A stretch of DNA of 26,679 nt from Octopus sinensis (GCF_006345805.1 NW_021834721.1:1-26679); one strand, 5' to 3'. Positions 1-11,427 are shown, numbered from the stretch's first letter. The notes: generated by a model not told the origin, from the sequence alone. A program made the numbers and translations.

Positions 1-100
1 AAAAGGAAAGATACCTAAGGGAGGTAATTCTTACCTGACATTTAATTCAAAACCCTGAAGATAAAAAACCATCCTTCTTATGCTATTAATTATTTTATTC

Positions 101-461
101 GTTTGTTTCAGTCATTTGACTGCGGCCATGTTGGGGCCCCACCTTTAGTCGAACAAATCGACCCCAGGACTTATTCTTTGTAAGCCTAGTACTTATTCTA
201 TCGGTGTCTCTTGTCGAACTGCTAAGTTACGAGGACGTAAACACACCAGCATCGGTTGTCAAGCGATGTTGGAGGGACAAACACAGACACACACATATAT
301 ATATACGACGGGCTTCTTTCAGTTTACGTCTACCAAATCCACTCACAAGGCTTTGGTCGGCCCGAGGTTATAGTAGAAGACACTTGCCCAAGGTACCACA
401 CAGTGGGACTGAACCCAGAACCATTTGGTTGGTAAGCAAGCTACTTATCACACGGCCACTA
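101..461 (-). mobile_element. tRNA-derived SINE family A (CORE-like CCTTGGGCAAGTGTCTT, internal CA/TA microsatellite)
   Basis: Near-identical to copies at 1289, 17367, 21670 and 24549; head GTGGCTGTGTGGTAAG..GGTTCAGTCCC, tail GACTGAAACAA. Confidence 0.85.
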
Positions 462-702
462 ATGTGGAAAATATATAGTCAAATTTATAAATTTGCAACA
501 GTTATTTGTATTTTCTTAGCCCTAGATCAGCCCTGATTGAGAAGAATTATTATCAAAGATGTTCAAGCCATCCCAAATGGCTACATTGGTGGAATGTCTT
601 CAAACATAGATCAGCTAAAAACAGGGCTGACCTATGATAAACAAGAGCAACATTCACTATCACCCTTAAAATCCCAACACCAACACTGACGACCCAACAT
701 AA

Positions 703-964
703 GCTAAGAGTTGCTGAAGTATGGAACAAACTGCCGCATCAGTTGTTAGTTGTCGGATCACTGCATCCTTCAAAACTTCCATGCTTCTTGAGATTCGTCA
801 ACACTACACCTGATTTTCTCCCCTCCATACATGCGCAAGCATGTATCTGACTCATACACTGTTCGCTTTCCAGACATTTGTACATTACTGCATATACTTT
901 ACACACACTTTTGACAAGTTGTGGTGCACCTGAGCACTGTATACAATAATTTTCATTATTATTA
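703..964 (+). mobile_element. 3' end of a CR1/L2-type LINE
   Basis: Decayed peptide LRVAEVWNKLP/SVVSCRITASFK resembles the CR1/L2 C-terminal RV...WN.LP..VV......FK motif; ends in an (ATT)n tail. Confidence 0.6.
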
Positions 965-1288
965 AACATTCACCTATCTAGAAAGAGCAACCAAATTCTC
1001 CTCAAATCACATGTGCTGTCTTAAATAATGGAAGACACATTGGATAATAGTCTTAGATATATTATCACCATCATCGTCATTATCATCTTCATCATTGTTT
1101 TACATCCCTTCCATTCAGGCTCCATTTGGATGGATTGAAACAGCGTTTTATGGTCAGTTGCCCTTCCTATCATGAAGCCTTTTAAATGCCTCGTACAACA
1201 CACATTGATGCAGTATACCTATTCTGAAAACCAGGATGTAATCTATATCTGAATGAAGAGACAGGATGGCCAGGATGTCTTTAATCGT

Positions 1289-1445
1289 TGAGTGGCTGTG
1301 TGGTAAGTAGCTTGCTTACGAACCACATGGTTCCGGGTTCAGTCCCACTGCGTGGCACCTTGGGCAAGTGTCTTCTACTATAGCCTCGGGCCGACCAAAG
1401 CCTTGAGTGGATTTGGTAGACGGAAACTGAAAGAAGCCCGTCATA

Positions 1446-1529
<84 letters not shown>

Positions 1530-1750
1530 ATGTGTGTGTATATGTTTGTGTGTCTGTCCCTCCAACATCGCTTGACAACAGATGCTAGTGTGTTTACGTC
1601 CCCGTAACTTAGTGATTTGGCAAAAGCGAAACTGATAGATTAAGTACTAGGCTTACAAAGAATAGGTCCCGGGGTAGATTTGTTCGACTAGAGGCGGTGC
1701 TCCAGCATGGCTACAGTCACATGACTGAAACAAGTAAAAGAGTAAAAGAA
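1289..1750 (+). mobile_element. SINE family A, full length
   Basis: Head with A/B-box-like motifs, (TA)n(TG)n at about 1444-1545, tail (GTAAAAGA)2. Confidence 0.88.
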
Positions 1751-1851
1751 TATGTTAGATCCGGATTGATCCACTGCTAAACATCAACAAAAACAATTCT
1801 CAAGAAACAAAGAAAAGAACTCAATAACAATGACTTGTGATTTGCGATTTG

Positions 1852-1857
1852 TTTAAT
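1852..1857 (-). terminator. Candidate poly(A) signal ATTAAA of C1D
   Basis: ATTAAA about 95 nt after the stop, with a U-rich stretch upstream and a GU/U-rich stretch (ttgttattgagttcttttctttgtttc) about 25 nt downstream. Confidence 0.55.
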
Positions 1858-1952
1858 AAAAAATAATATAAAACTATAGACAGAGAGCAACGTTTGAGGG
1901 GAGGGTGAAGAAAGAAGTAGAGAAGGAAAAAGAAAGGATATGAAGAACCTTC

Positions 1953-2050
1953 TCACTTGGGGTGTTTTCCTTTTTTTGATTTCTTTTTGATCAGTTTTTT
2001 CTTCTTCTTTGGAGGTGGGGCTTCGACCGGTCTGTCTTGATCAGCTTCAG
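1953..2050 (-). CDS. C1D: C1D coding exon 5 (terminal, Lys-rich tail)
   Basis: Acceptor cattttctag|CT is phase-compatible with exon 4; (A)EADQDRPVEAPPPKKKKKLIKKKSKKGKHPK*, TGA at 1955-1953. Total CDS 501 nt = 166 aa + stop. Followed by a poly(A) signal. Confidence 0.8.
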
Positions 2051-2525
2051 CTAGAAAATGGGGGGTGGGGCAGGGAAAAGAAATTAAACAATTTTTTTTA
2101 AATGTTTCTGAAAAGATATTAAAAGATATTAGCAGTGAGCTAGGTCCACAGTAAACAAATTACTTAAACTGAGACAGACATGTAGCTCAGCTACTAGAAA
2201 AATTCAGGTACACAATCGAATGATTACAGGAACATTGGGGACACAATCAAACCATCTACAAACACTCAGGTAGACACTACCCCAACTATGGTGAATGAGG
2301 TACACACAGACCCAAGTGGAGTGACTGCAGTTCAGACCAACTCAACTACAGCAATTAGGTATACATTGGCCCATCTAAGGAGGGCTAGAGTACAAAAAAC
2401 CCAATAACATGAGGAACGCTAATATAACTATGGTGACCAAGATAATATAACATGTATATAATATATATGCATATAAGATAACATGCATATAACATGGTGA
2501 CCAAGATAATATAACTATAATATAA

Positions 2526-3015
2526 GACCCAGCAGGACCAGTGAGACCATAACCTGTGGCTTTTACCTGGGATGTAGCCAGTCCACTTATGCATACCTTT
2601 CCTTCTTGGGACACAAAACTCTACTTGTGAAGATCTGTTGAGGCAAATGAGAATCAAAATCAAAATCGATCAACATCAATGGAAATTGTAGCTGTGATAC
2701 CAACGCCGGTGGCGTGTAAGAGAACCGTCCAAACGTGGCCGTTGCCAGCACCGCCCCGACTGGCCTCCGTGTCGGTGGCACATAAAAAGCACCATCCAAT
2801 CGTAGCCGTTTGCCAGCCTCGTCTGGCACCTGTGCCGGTGGCACGTAAAAAGCACCCACTACACTCACGGAGTGGTTGGCGTTAGGAAGGGCATCCAGCC
2901 GTAGAAACATTGCCAGATCAGACTGGAGCCTGGTGCAGCCTTCTGGCTTCCCAGACCCCAGTTGAACCGTCCAACCCATGCTAGCATGGAAGGCAGACAC
3001 TAAACGATGATGATG
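2526..3015 (+). mobile_element. RTE 3' end fragment (same family as 13678-14735)
   Basis: Begins in the last ORF codons, has internal 60-65-bp repeats and a (GAT)n tail; 15-bp TSD ATAACTATAATATAA (2511-2525 and 3016-3030). Confidence 0.85.
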
Positions 3016-3654
3016 ATAACTATAATATAATTATGGTGACCGAGATACATAAACCCACCTAAGGATAGGACACACAATAACCTAGCAATACCATTTATTG
3101 CTCAATACAGCATATTATATCCTTACTACTGTCCCTTATTACCTCCTCTTCCTCCCTGACCCACTCCTATTTCCTTCACTTCCTTTCCCCCACGCTGATA
3201 TTCAATGCATCTACCTTAATCCCCATCTCTAATCATGTCACACTCTTTTCACACTCCAGCGCACTTACCTACCCATCGACTGTTTCTTTCCTTCCATTCC
3301 TATTCTCTCAAAAATACACCTATCTCTCTCTTTCTAGCTGGGGAAACCTTGTGTTCACCTCGCCAGCAAAACACCCTTATCATCCCTATCATTCTATCAC
3401 CTCCTTCAGTCCTATATCCCACTCAGCCAAAGATATTTGTCACATGAGTATCTGGTGACCGCACTGGTGCTGGTGCCATTGAAAAAAAAAGCACCCAGTA
3501 CACTCTGTAAAATGGTTGGCATTTGGAAGGGCATCCAGCTGTAGAAACCAAAAGCAGACACTGGAGCTCAGCACAGCCGTCTTGCTTGTCAGTTCCTGCT
3601 GAACTGTCCAACCCATACCCACGTGGAAAAAGGGACATTGAATGTGATGATGAA

Positions 3655-3940
3655 CAAGGACACATACTAACTCCTGGGCATGAACTAGGGTACACAATAA
3701 CCCAGCTACAGTGACAGAGGTACATATTAACCCATCCAAGAACTGGGGTACACAAAAACCCAAGTACATGAACTGAGATACCCCATCTAACTACAATAAC
3801 TGGAGTACAAGTTAACCCAATACAATAACTGGGGTATATATTACCCTAACTGAATGAATTGGGATACATAACTATTCAACATGAACTGGGATACACTAAC
3901 TCTACTACAGTGTATAGGGTACATATTCACCTATCTGACA
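3655..3940. repeat. Degenerate minisatellite, unit about 29 bp (related sequence at about 2190-2420 and 3030-3090)
   Basis: Recurring unit like TGAACTGGGGTACACA.TAACCCA.CTACA. Confidence 0.65.
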
Positions 3941-4179
3941 TAGATTGTCCCCCACTACTATTTGGCGACTGTTATTGGTTTGTTTGCATCCCCTGGTTCA
4001 ATAAAATAAGTACCAGACTTTAAAAAAGTAAGCACTGGGGTCAATCTGTTTGACTAAACCCTTTAAACCCTTAAAAGCAGTGCCCCAACATGGTTGCAGT
4101 CCAATCGCTAAAACAAGTGAAAGACAAAAGATAAAATAATCTAAAGCAATTTAGTAAAATAAACTTTTTTAAATAATAG

Positions 4180-4483
4180 ACCGGTTCCCATGCCAGTGGC
4201 ACATATGCCAGTACCCCCTGACTGGCTCTTGTGCCGGTAGCAGGTAAAAAGCAGCATCCAAACGTAATCGATGCCAGACCCACCTGGCAGACTCCTGTGC
4301 CGACAGCACATAAAAAGCACCCACTACACTCTTGGAGTGGTTGGCATTAGGTAGGGCATCCAGCTGTAGAAACTCTGCCAGATCAGATTGGAGCCTGGTG
4401 CAGCCACTGGCTCTCCAGACCTCGGTCAAACCGTTCAACCCATGCCAGCATGGAAAATGGAGGTTAAACGATGATGATGATGA
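4180..4483 (+). mobile_element. RTE 3'UTR fragment
   Basis: GGTTGGCATTAGG.AGGGCATCCAGCTGTAGAAAC...CCATGC.AGCATGG...(GAT)n. Confidence 0.8.
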
Positions 4484-4799
4484 AATTAGTAAAAATTTCT
4501 TGCATGAAATTATAATGGTGGAGTTTAATTTAATCAGGAAGACTTCAAAATGGGAAAAATCTTGTATCATAGATCCACGAGTGTTACCAATGGGTTGGTA
4601 TCAAAAGGGTTAAAGAGGCTTAGTGTTAATACTGGTTTCAAATTTTGGCACAAGGCCAGCAATTTTTTTTTTTGGTGGGAGGGGTAAATTGATTACATTG
4701 ACCGCAGTGCTTGACTGGTACTTATTTTATCAACCTCAAAACAATGAAAGGTAAAGTTGCGCTTAGTGGAATCTGATACATTAGTTGAGATTTTGTTAC

Positions 4800-4947
4800 C
4801 TTTACTTGACCCAGGCTGTGATTTCTTGTGTGCAGACTGCCAAAGAGCATTCCTGACGAACCGCTTAGCTGCATCTGAATTCAGTCTGGGCGCTTTAGCT
4901 TTGTCTTCAATTTCTTTCACACGATTCATATAAGTCCGGACACGGTC
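4800..4947 (-). CDS. C1D: C1D coding exon 4
   Basis: Acceptor tttcatccag|GAC; [49 protein letters not shown]+G (148 nt) contains the hallmark R...[10 protein letters not shown].....L...AA.RFV.NALW; donor AAAG|gtaaca, phase 1. Confidence 0.95.
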
Positions 4948-5439
4948 CTGGATGAAATGAAACAGGAGAATATATCAATGAATAATGATTATTATTGTAT
5001 TATTAATTTGTGTTTTGAGAATATGTTCTGGCACCCTATCACTACCATCTTTATCTCCCTTCCGGCTACTCTTGCTTACCCTCGCATAATTCGAGGTAGC
5101 CATGTATCATCTTTATAGCAAAACATTTGTGCTTGTCCCTCTATCATACTTCAGCCTCTCAAAAGCTGGCATTAAGCCACCTGCTTCTCTCTCAGATACA
5201 CTCTCATTCAGTCAAGAGGGCCTTTTTTTCCTTTTCCTTTCTTTGTTTTGTCTTGCAAGTTACTTGGTGACCTCACTAGTGCCGGTGCCACAATAGAAGT
5301 ACAGGTTGTAAAGTAGTTGGAGTTAGGAAGGGCATCCAGCTATAGAAATCATGCCAAAGCTGACATCAGGCCCTGACACAACTCCACTGGATTCCATCAA
5401 CCCATCCCACCCATGCCAGCATGGAAAATAGATATTAAA

Positions 5440-5910
5440 TCATCATCATTGTTTAACGTCCGCTTTCCATGCTGGCATGAGTTGGACGATTTGACTGAGG
5501 GGGGTTGGTGAGAGTGTAGTGGGTGCTTTTACGTGACACCAGCACGAGGGCCAGTCAGGCGGTTCTGGCAATGACCATGCTCAAAAGGTGTTTTTTACAT
5601 GCTACCTGCACAGGGGCCAGTCCGACAGCACTGGCAACGACCATGCTCGAATCCTGTTTTTCACGTTCCACTGGCACATGTGCTGGTAGGGTGACTCTGG
5701 CAACGATCACGTTCGAATGGTGCTTTGCACACCCCACCAGCACCGGAGCCAATTCGTGGCCCTGGCAACGATCACACTCAGATGTGCTTTTAACGTTCCA
5801 CTAGCACGAGTGTCAATTAGGTAGTACTGTCATCAGCCATGTTAGCGATTTTGATTTGTTTACACTTGCCTCAATAGGTCTCCACAAGCAAAGTTCATTG
5901 TCCAATGAAT
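5440..5910 (-). mobile_element. RTE 3'UTR fragment, tail-to-tail with a decayed plus-strand copy (about 5270-5440)
   Basis: Reverse complement of the same repeat with several internal units. Confidence 0.8.
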
Positions 5911-6214
5911 GAGGGGTTCAGCCCTACTGCCTAGCAATTTAGATGAGTGCCTTCTTCTCTAGCCCCATGGTCAATCAATGCCTTGTGAGTAAATTTTTTG
6001 AAGAGGGAAACTGTGAGGAAGCCCAGTGTGTGTATGTCTCTCACCACTTGCGAGTGAGTATTGGTTTGCTGATGTCCCTGTAACTTACCAGTTCAGCAAA
6101 ACGAGAGCGATACAATAAGTACCTGGGCTACAGTCCAGTGACTGATACAAGTAAATGAAAATACAGAAAAGACTTTGCATTGACAAATTATTTATAAAAA
6201 AAAACAATATTTAC

Positions 6215-6270
6215 CAATTCTGTTTTCACACCTTTTCCTAAAGGCTCCAAACCACAGGTATTTAAATATG
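6215..6270 (-). CDS. C1D: C1D coding exon 3
   Basis: Acceptor tcttttccag|CA; (A)YLNTCGLEPLGKGVKTEL (56 nt), aligns with C1D YL.t.G..P....VK.EL; donor TTG|gtaaat, phase 0. Confidence 0.93.
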
Positions 6271-6590
6271 CTGGAAAAGAAATAAATAACTGTTAGGTAC
6301 GGTAATCACCGTCATTATTAAAATTATCATCAACAACAACAACGACCCTATGATTCAAGAAAGAAACTGTTCAGTTTGAAGTCTGTACATGTGAATTTAA
6401 AACTACCGTTATAAATATAAAATTATGTAAAAATGTCTTCGTACATTCTAAATACCAGATTAATAATGAAAAATTTTATTATTTTACAAAATCTCACCAA
6501 AATTTTGACTATTTCTGAAATCAGCTGAAAGATATGGATAGTATGTATATATCAGCTTTAAAACAAGCACATCACAGCTTTCTATAGCAT

Positions 6591-6924
6591 CGAGACCCCC
6601 TTCGGTCATGAATGACCGTGGGATTGCACCTAGAAAGTTACCCTCCCAGGCACAAGTCCGGGCAAGGTGGTTTATGGAAGACCAGCAGTCGCCCATGTAT
6701 ACTCGCCTCCCCTCACCACGCCACCAGTATTATCCAAGGGAAAGGCAAAGGGGCCGAGACAGCTTGGCACCTGTGACGTCACAACTCATTTCTACAGCTG
6801 AGTGAACTGGAGCAACGTGAAATAAAGTGTCTTGCTCAAGAACACAACACACAGCCCGGTCCGGGATTCGAACTCACAACCTCACAATTGTAAGCTCGAT
6901 GCTCTAACCACTGAGCCATGCACC
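6591..6924 (-). mobile_element. tRNA-derived CORE-like SINE, family D
   Basis: A box TGGCTCAGTGG, B box GAGTTCGAATCCC, then GTGTTCTTGAGCAAGACACTT; 11-bp TSD TTCTATAGCAT (6580-6590 and 6925-6935). Confidence 0.87.
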
Positions 6925-7259
6925 TTCTATAGCATAGGAAGTAACTAAAAGGGTTGTTGACAAGAAAGGCATCTAGCCATAAAACACAGCTTCGAAAGAC
7001 ACATCCAACTCATGCTAGCATGGAAAAGCAGACATAAAAGAATGATGGTGCCACTGCTGTTACTAGGTTTGTACCACCCCCTTAAGACCCAACTACACTC
7101 TAGCTGAAAAATATAGAATGCCTCATAAGTAATATAAACATCCTAAATTCAGTGGCGGCGTTAATGAAGATGTTACGCGATAACTTCATGTCTTAAACTT
7201 ATCTTTATTAATGTGTCTCAAATTATACATCGATATAGACAAGATTTACAAAGATATAA

Positions 7260-7622
7260 CCATTCGAGCGTGATCATTACCAGCATCGCCTTACTGGTAC
7301 TTGTGCCGGTGGCATGTGAAAAAGCATTTGAGCGAGGTCGTTGCCAGTGCTGCTGGACTGGCTCCTGTGCAGGTGGCACATAAAAAACACCATTTGAGCG
7401 TGGCCGTTGCCAATACCGCCTGACTGACCCTCGTGCCAGTGGCACGTAAAAGCACCCACTACACTCTCGGAGTGGTTGGCAATAGGAAGGGCATCCAGCT
7501 GTAGAAACTCTGCCAGATCAAGACTGGAGCCTGGTGCAGCCATCTGGTTTGCCAGTTCTCAGTCAAATCATCCAACCCATGCTAGCATGGAAAGCGGACG
7601 TTAAACCATGATGATGATGATA
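7260..7622 (+). mobile_element. RTE 3'UTR fragment
   Basis: Three internal repeat units, conserved 3' block and (GAT)n. Confidence 0.83.
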
Positions 7623-7855
7623 ACAGTTAGAACTTGTGATCTGCCCACGGACCTTTTTCTTTGGAAATTTTTGCCTGCCGCCCTAAAATGTTTCCTCACC
7701 CCTGCCCTACATCAATGATTTCACATTTTAATACAATGTAGCACATTAGACATGGGGACAGTCAAATATGAGTACACGAAAATCAGTTAAATATGATGCA
7801 AATAATAAAAAAGAAATTCAAGCATAACAGATATAACAAGTGAAAGAAACTTTAC

Positions 7856-7922
7856 CCCAGAATAACGAATTCATGGCGTAAACAGCAACTAAATTCAGCT
7901 TAGCTTGTTCCAAAGGGGTGAA
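7856..7922 (-). CDS. C1D: C1D coding exon 2
   Basis: Acceptor tgtttttcag|TTC; FTPLEQAKLNLVAVYAMNSLFW+G (67 nt) matches the Sas10/C1D motif PLEQAK.dLv.aY..NS.FW; donor G|gtaaag, phase 1. Confidence 0.95.
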
Positions 7923-7999
7923 CTGAAAAACACAAAGAGGTAAATGAAGTTCTTAACATATTTTCCAGTAAATAATATTAAAGCTTCTTATCATTATCA

Positions 8000-8530
8000 A
8001 AATCAAAGTGAAATTCGATGACGGGCACGAGCACCATACGAGTGTGATCATTGACAGAGCGGCTAACCGGCTTCCGTGCCAGTGACACATAAAAGTCACC
8101 ATTCGAGTGTGACCGTTACCAACTTCGCCTTACTGGCACTTGTGCCCCTTGCTAGTAGGGTGCTAAGAGCACCATCTGAGTGTGATCGTTGCCAGAGCGG
8201 TTAACTGGCTTCCGTGCCGGTGGCATGTAGAAGGCACCATTTGAGCAGGATCGTTACCAGCATCACCTCACTGGCACCTGTGCCGTTGGCATGTGTAAAA
8301 AGATTCGAGGGAGGTTATTGCCAGTATGCCTGACTGGCCCCCATGCTGGTGGCACGTAAAAGCACCCACTACACTCTCGGAGTGGTTGGCATTAGGAAGG
8401 GCACCCAGCTGTAGAAACTCTGCCAGATCAACATTGGAGCCTGGTGCAGCCATCTGGTTCGCCAGCCCTCAGTCAAAACGTCCAATCCATGCTAGCATGG
8501 AGAGCGGACATTAAACGATGATGATGATCG
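8000..8530 (+). mobile_element. RTE 3'UTR fragment
   Basis: About five internal repeat units, conserved 3' block and (GAT)n. Confidence 0.83.
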
Positions 8531-8744
8531 TCATCATCATCATCACAGAAGATCTCTCAATGGAATGTGATGAGGAGTAAAATCTGGAGGTAAAAGAACT
8601 GAAGTATGTCCCACCACCACTACCTGCTTACATACAAAATCCGAATTAGCTATATAGTAGCTTATTTAGATCTTGCTGTAAGCTACTACACAGTATGGTC
8701 ACTGCTGATGATAATAACATATTCTCTTCAGTGGTACCAACTTA

Positions 8745-8974
8745 CAAAAGGCGGTGAGATGGTAGAATCGTTAGCACGCCGGGCAAAATGCATAGCCGTA
8801 TTTCGTCTGCCGTTAGGTTCTGAGTTCAAATTCCGTCGAGGTCGACTTTGCCTTTCATCCTTTCAGGGTCGATAAATTAAGCACCAGTTACGCACTGGGG
8901 TCGATGTAATCGACTTAATCCATTTGTCTGCCTTGTTTGTCCTTGTTTAGCCCCTTGCGGGTAATAAAGAAATA
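8745..8974 (+). mobile_element. SINE family B monomer
   Basis: Same head, core and tail; 12-bp TSD GGTACCAACTTA (8733-8744 and 8975-8986). Confidence 0.88.
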
Positions 8975-9539
8975 GGTACCAACTTATATGAGGAACTGGA
9001 CCAATGAGAATTAAATGTCCTTTGCAGTGAGGAAATAACATTAGCTCAATGATTAATATCATTTTAATCATTTTGGCAAGTATGGGTGACAACTCCAAAT
9101 ATGTTTCTGCCTCGTTAGAACTCCTCAGCAAAACAGACCTTCACTGGAGTCACCAAAGTAATGGTGAGAGAATCACTATTAGATGTATGATATTGTACGT
9201 GAATGGAAGTGAAAAATTAGAATATTTTAAAAAATAAATCAGAAATTAATTACTCGGCAATATCATTCGTACTTCCGATATTATCTCCTCCTCTACATCT
9301 AAAGTTCAAACCCCATCTACATCAACCTTGTCTGAGTTAACAAAAAAATAATCCTGCCATGGTTAATTTTGCCACTTTGTCTTTCATCCTTCTGGGATGA
9401 AATAATAATAAAGTATTAAGTACTGTGGTCTTTTGTATCAACTAGCCCAATCCTATGAAAACTTTCAGCCCTGTGTCTAAATAAAAAACAATTATTATTA
9501 TTGTAATTAAGGCAGTGAGCTGGCAGAATCATTGGCAGA

Positions 9540-9707
9540 TAGGCACAGGAGTGGCTGTGTGGTAAGTAGCTTGCTTACCAACCACATGGTTCTGGACTCA
9601 GGCCCACTGCGTGGCACCTTGGGCAAGTGTCTTCTACTATAGCCTCGGGGCCAACCAAAGCCTTGTGAGTGGATTTGGTAGATGGAAACTGAAAGAAGCC
9701 CATCATA

Positions 9708-9751
<44 letters not shown>

Positions 9752-9818
9752 TGTGTGTGTATATGTTTGTCCTCTCAACATCGCTTGACAACCGATGCTG
9801 GTGTGTTTACGTCCCCAT
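9540..9818 (+). mobile_element. SINE family A (3' part missing) nested in a family B remnant
   Basis: Family A head and body, flanked by a B head (9509-9538) and a B core (9820-9885). Confidence 0.8.
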
Positions 9819-10055
9819 ATTGCCCTTCATCCTTTCAGGATTGAAAAAATTAAGTACCCGTTGCATACTAGGGTCGATCTAATTGACTGCGCCCCCTCCC
9901 CCAAAATTTCGAGCCTTGTGTCTAGAGTAAAAAAAAAAATTATTATTCCCTAGTTGTTGTTTAGAACCAGGTTAGCTCTGCTCATGCAAATCTACAACGG
10001 AAAATAGTAATAAAAAAGATTATGGAGACGGATATATATCAATTTTGCTAAATAT

Positions 10056-10273
10056 TAGTGTGTGTGAAAAGTTACTGGCTTTAGGGGTGTCACGAACGGT
10101 CTGGCCGGAGGCTCAACCTTCTGAGTCTTTTATGGGGCTTACAAAACCTGAAGGACCACTGCAATAAGCGTGTAAATCTGAGAAGGGAGTATATTGAATA
10201 AAACTATAATTAACTGATCCTTTTGTATTTTCTTTTAACCAAAGCCAGGAACTTTTCAGCACCCCCTCATGTA
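10056..10273 (+). mobile_element. Mariner-derived non-autonomous element
   Basis: Inverted TGAAAAGTT.CTGGCTTT (10065-10082 and 10241-10258); internal remnant GLQNLKDHCNKRVNLRREYIE* (10136-10201) resembles the mariner transposase C-terminus; TA at the right end. Confidence 0.7.
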
Positions 10274-10567
10274 TGTATACATGTGTGTGTGTGTGTGCAC
10301 AGGCGTGCACACTGATGTTTTCCTTATTACAGTATATGCACAGTAAAGACCAGTTTATTAAAGATATCTCAATGTTTTCAGTAATTGTGGAGTTTAATTT
10401 TGGCGTCTGATTAAAACGAAAGTAAAATTTTGAACATAGAAAATAAAAAAAAATAAAAAACTGAAACGATGAAACGTACTAATAAATCCGGTTAATACTT
10501 GAATCGTTATTGCATATTTTTATTTGAAGATATTTAATACGAATAATTTCCAGAAACGAGGTACTAC

Positions 10568-10745
10568 TTAAGAAGAGTGGTCCCGGTGCGCGCACTCGCA
10601 CATCCGCGCTACACATCCTACAACGACTATCTAGCAAAATAAATAATTTTTTAAAAACAAAGTAAATAAAGCACAAAAACACAAAGTAAGGATCGACTAG
10701 CTAGTGCGGATGCGCGAGTACGCGCACCGGGACCACTCTTCTTAA
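10568..10745. mobile_element. MITE with GC-rich inverted arms and TTAA ends (Kolobok-like)
   Basis: Arms 10568-10611 and 10702-10745 match at 41/44; TTAA on both sides with GA...TC termini inside; A-rich spacer. Confidence 0.8.
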
Positions 10746-11014
10746 TATTTCATCTGCGTTTACTATTTTTTTTTTTTTTTCGCCTTCAGATTTTTAATTT
10801 AACCGCACCTTAACATATGGCTCAGTTAATTGGGTTGAAGTAAACATTAACCAATTGTTGCTTATGTTTTTTTCTGTTAATCATTAATAAGTTTGATTAC
10901 TTTCGTTATTTATTTTTAAGCCATTTTATTTTACCAACCACAGGATCGATTTCTATAGTGAAGAAAGACAAAATAATCGATTAAATTGACTCCCAGTATT
11001 TATTATTATATCGA

Positions 11015-11427
11015 AAGGCGGCGAGCTGGCAGAATCGTTTGCACGCCGGGCGAAATGCTTAGCGGTATTTCGTCTGACGTTAAGTTCTGAGTTCAAATTC
11101 CGCCGAGGTCGACTTTGCCTTTCATCCTTTCAGGGTCGATTAAATAAGTACCAGTTACGCACTGGTGTCGATATAATCGACTTGACCCCTTTGTCTGTCC
11201 TCTCTGTGTTCAGCCCCTTGTGGGTAGTAAAGAAATAGGTATTTCGTCTGCCGCTACGTTCTGAGTTCAAATTCCGTCGAGGTCGACTTTGCTTTTCATC
11301 CTCCTGGGGGTCGATTAAATAAGTACAAGTTACGCACTGGGGTCGATATAATCGACTTAATCCGTTTGTCTGTCCTTGTTTGTCCCCTCTCTGTTTAGCC
11401 CCTTGTGGGTAGTAAAGAAATAGGTAT
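11015..11427 (+). mobile_element. Dimeric SINE, family B
   Basis: Full monomer to about 11240, second body from GGTATTTCGTCTG; TSD TTATTATATCGA (11003-11014 and 11428-11439). Confidence 0.88.

Noticed and set aside
204-536. Recurring ORFs with RLPNPLTRLWSARGYSRRHLPKVP and similar motifs (also LQLDALPNANH, FKFRRGRLCLSSF)
   Set aside because: Chance translations of SINE A, RTE UTR and SINE B copies.
6860-6924. tRNA-like sequences (also 18854-18925, 21165-21223, 25870-25945)
   Set aside because: A/B boxes are present but there is no closed acceptor stem; they continue into SINE bodies, so they are SINE heads, not tRNA genes.
7148-7192. CpG-containing hairpin with CTGA on the minus strand, possible intronic snoRNA
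   Set aside because: C box deviates (ATGAAGT) and the span is too short; more likely a DNA-transposon end.
8000-8360. Regularly spaced palindromic 60-65-bp units resembling a CRISPR array
   Set aside because: Eukaryotic context, the spacers are homologous to each other, there are no cas genes, and the array is internal to an RTE 3'UTR.
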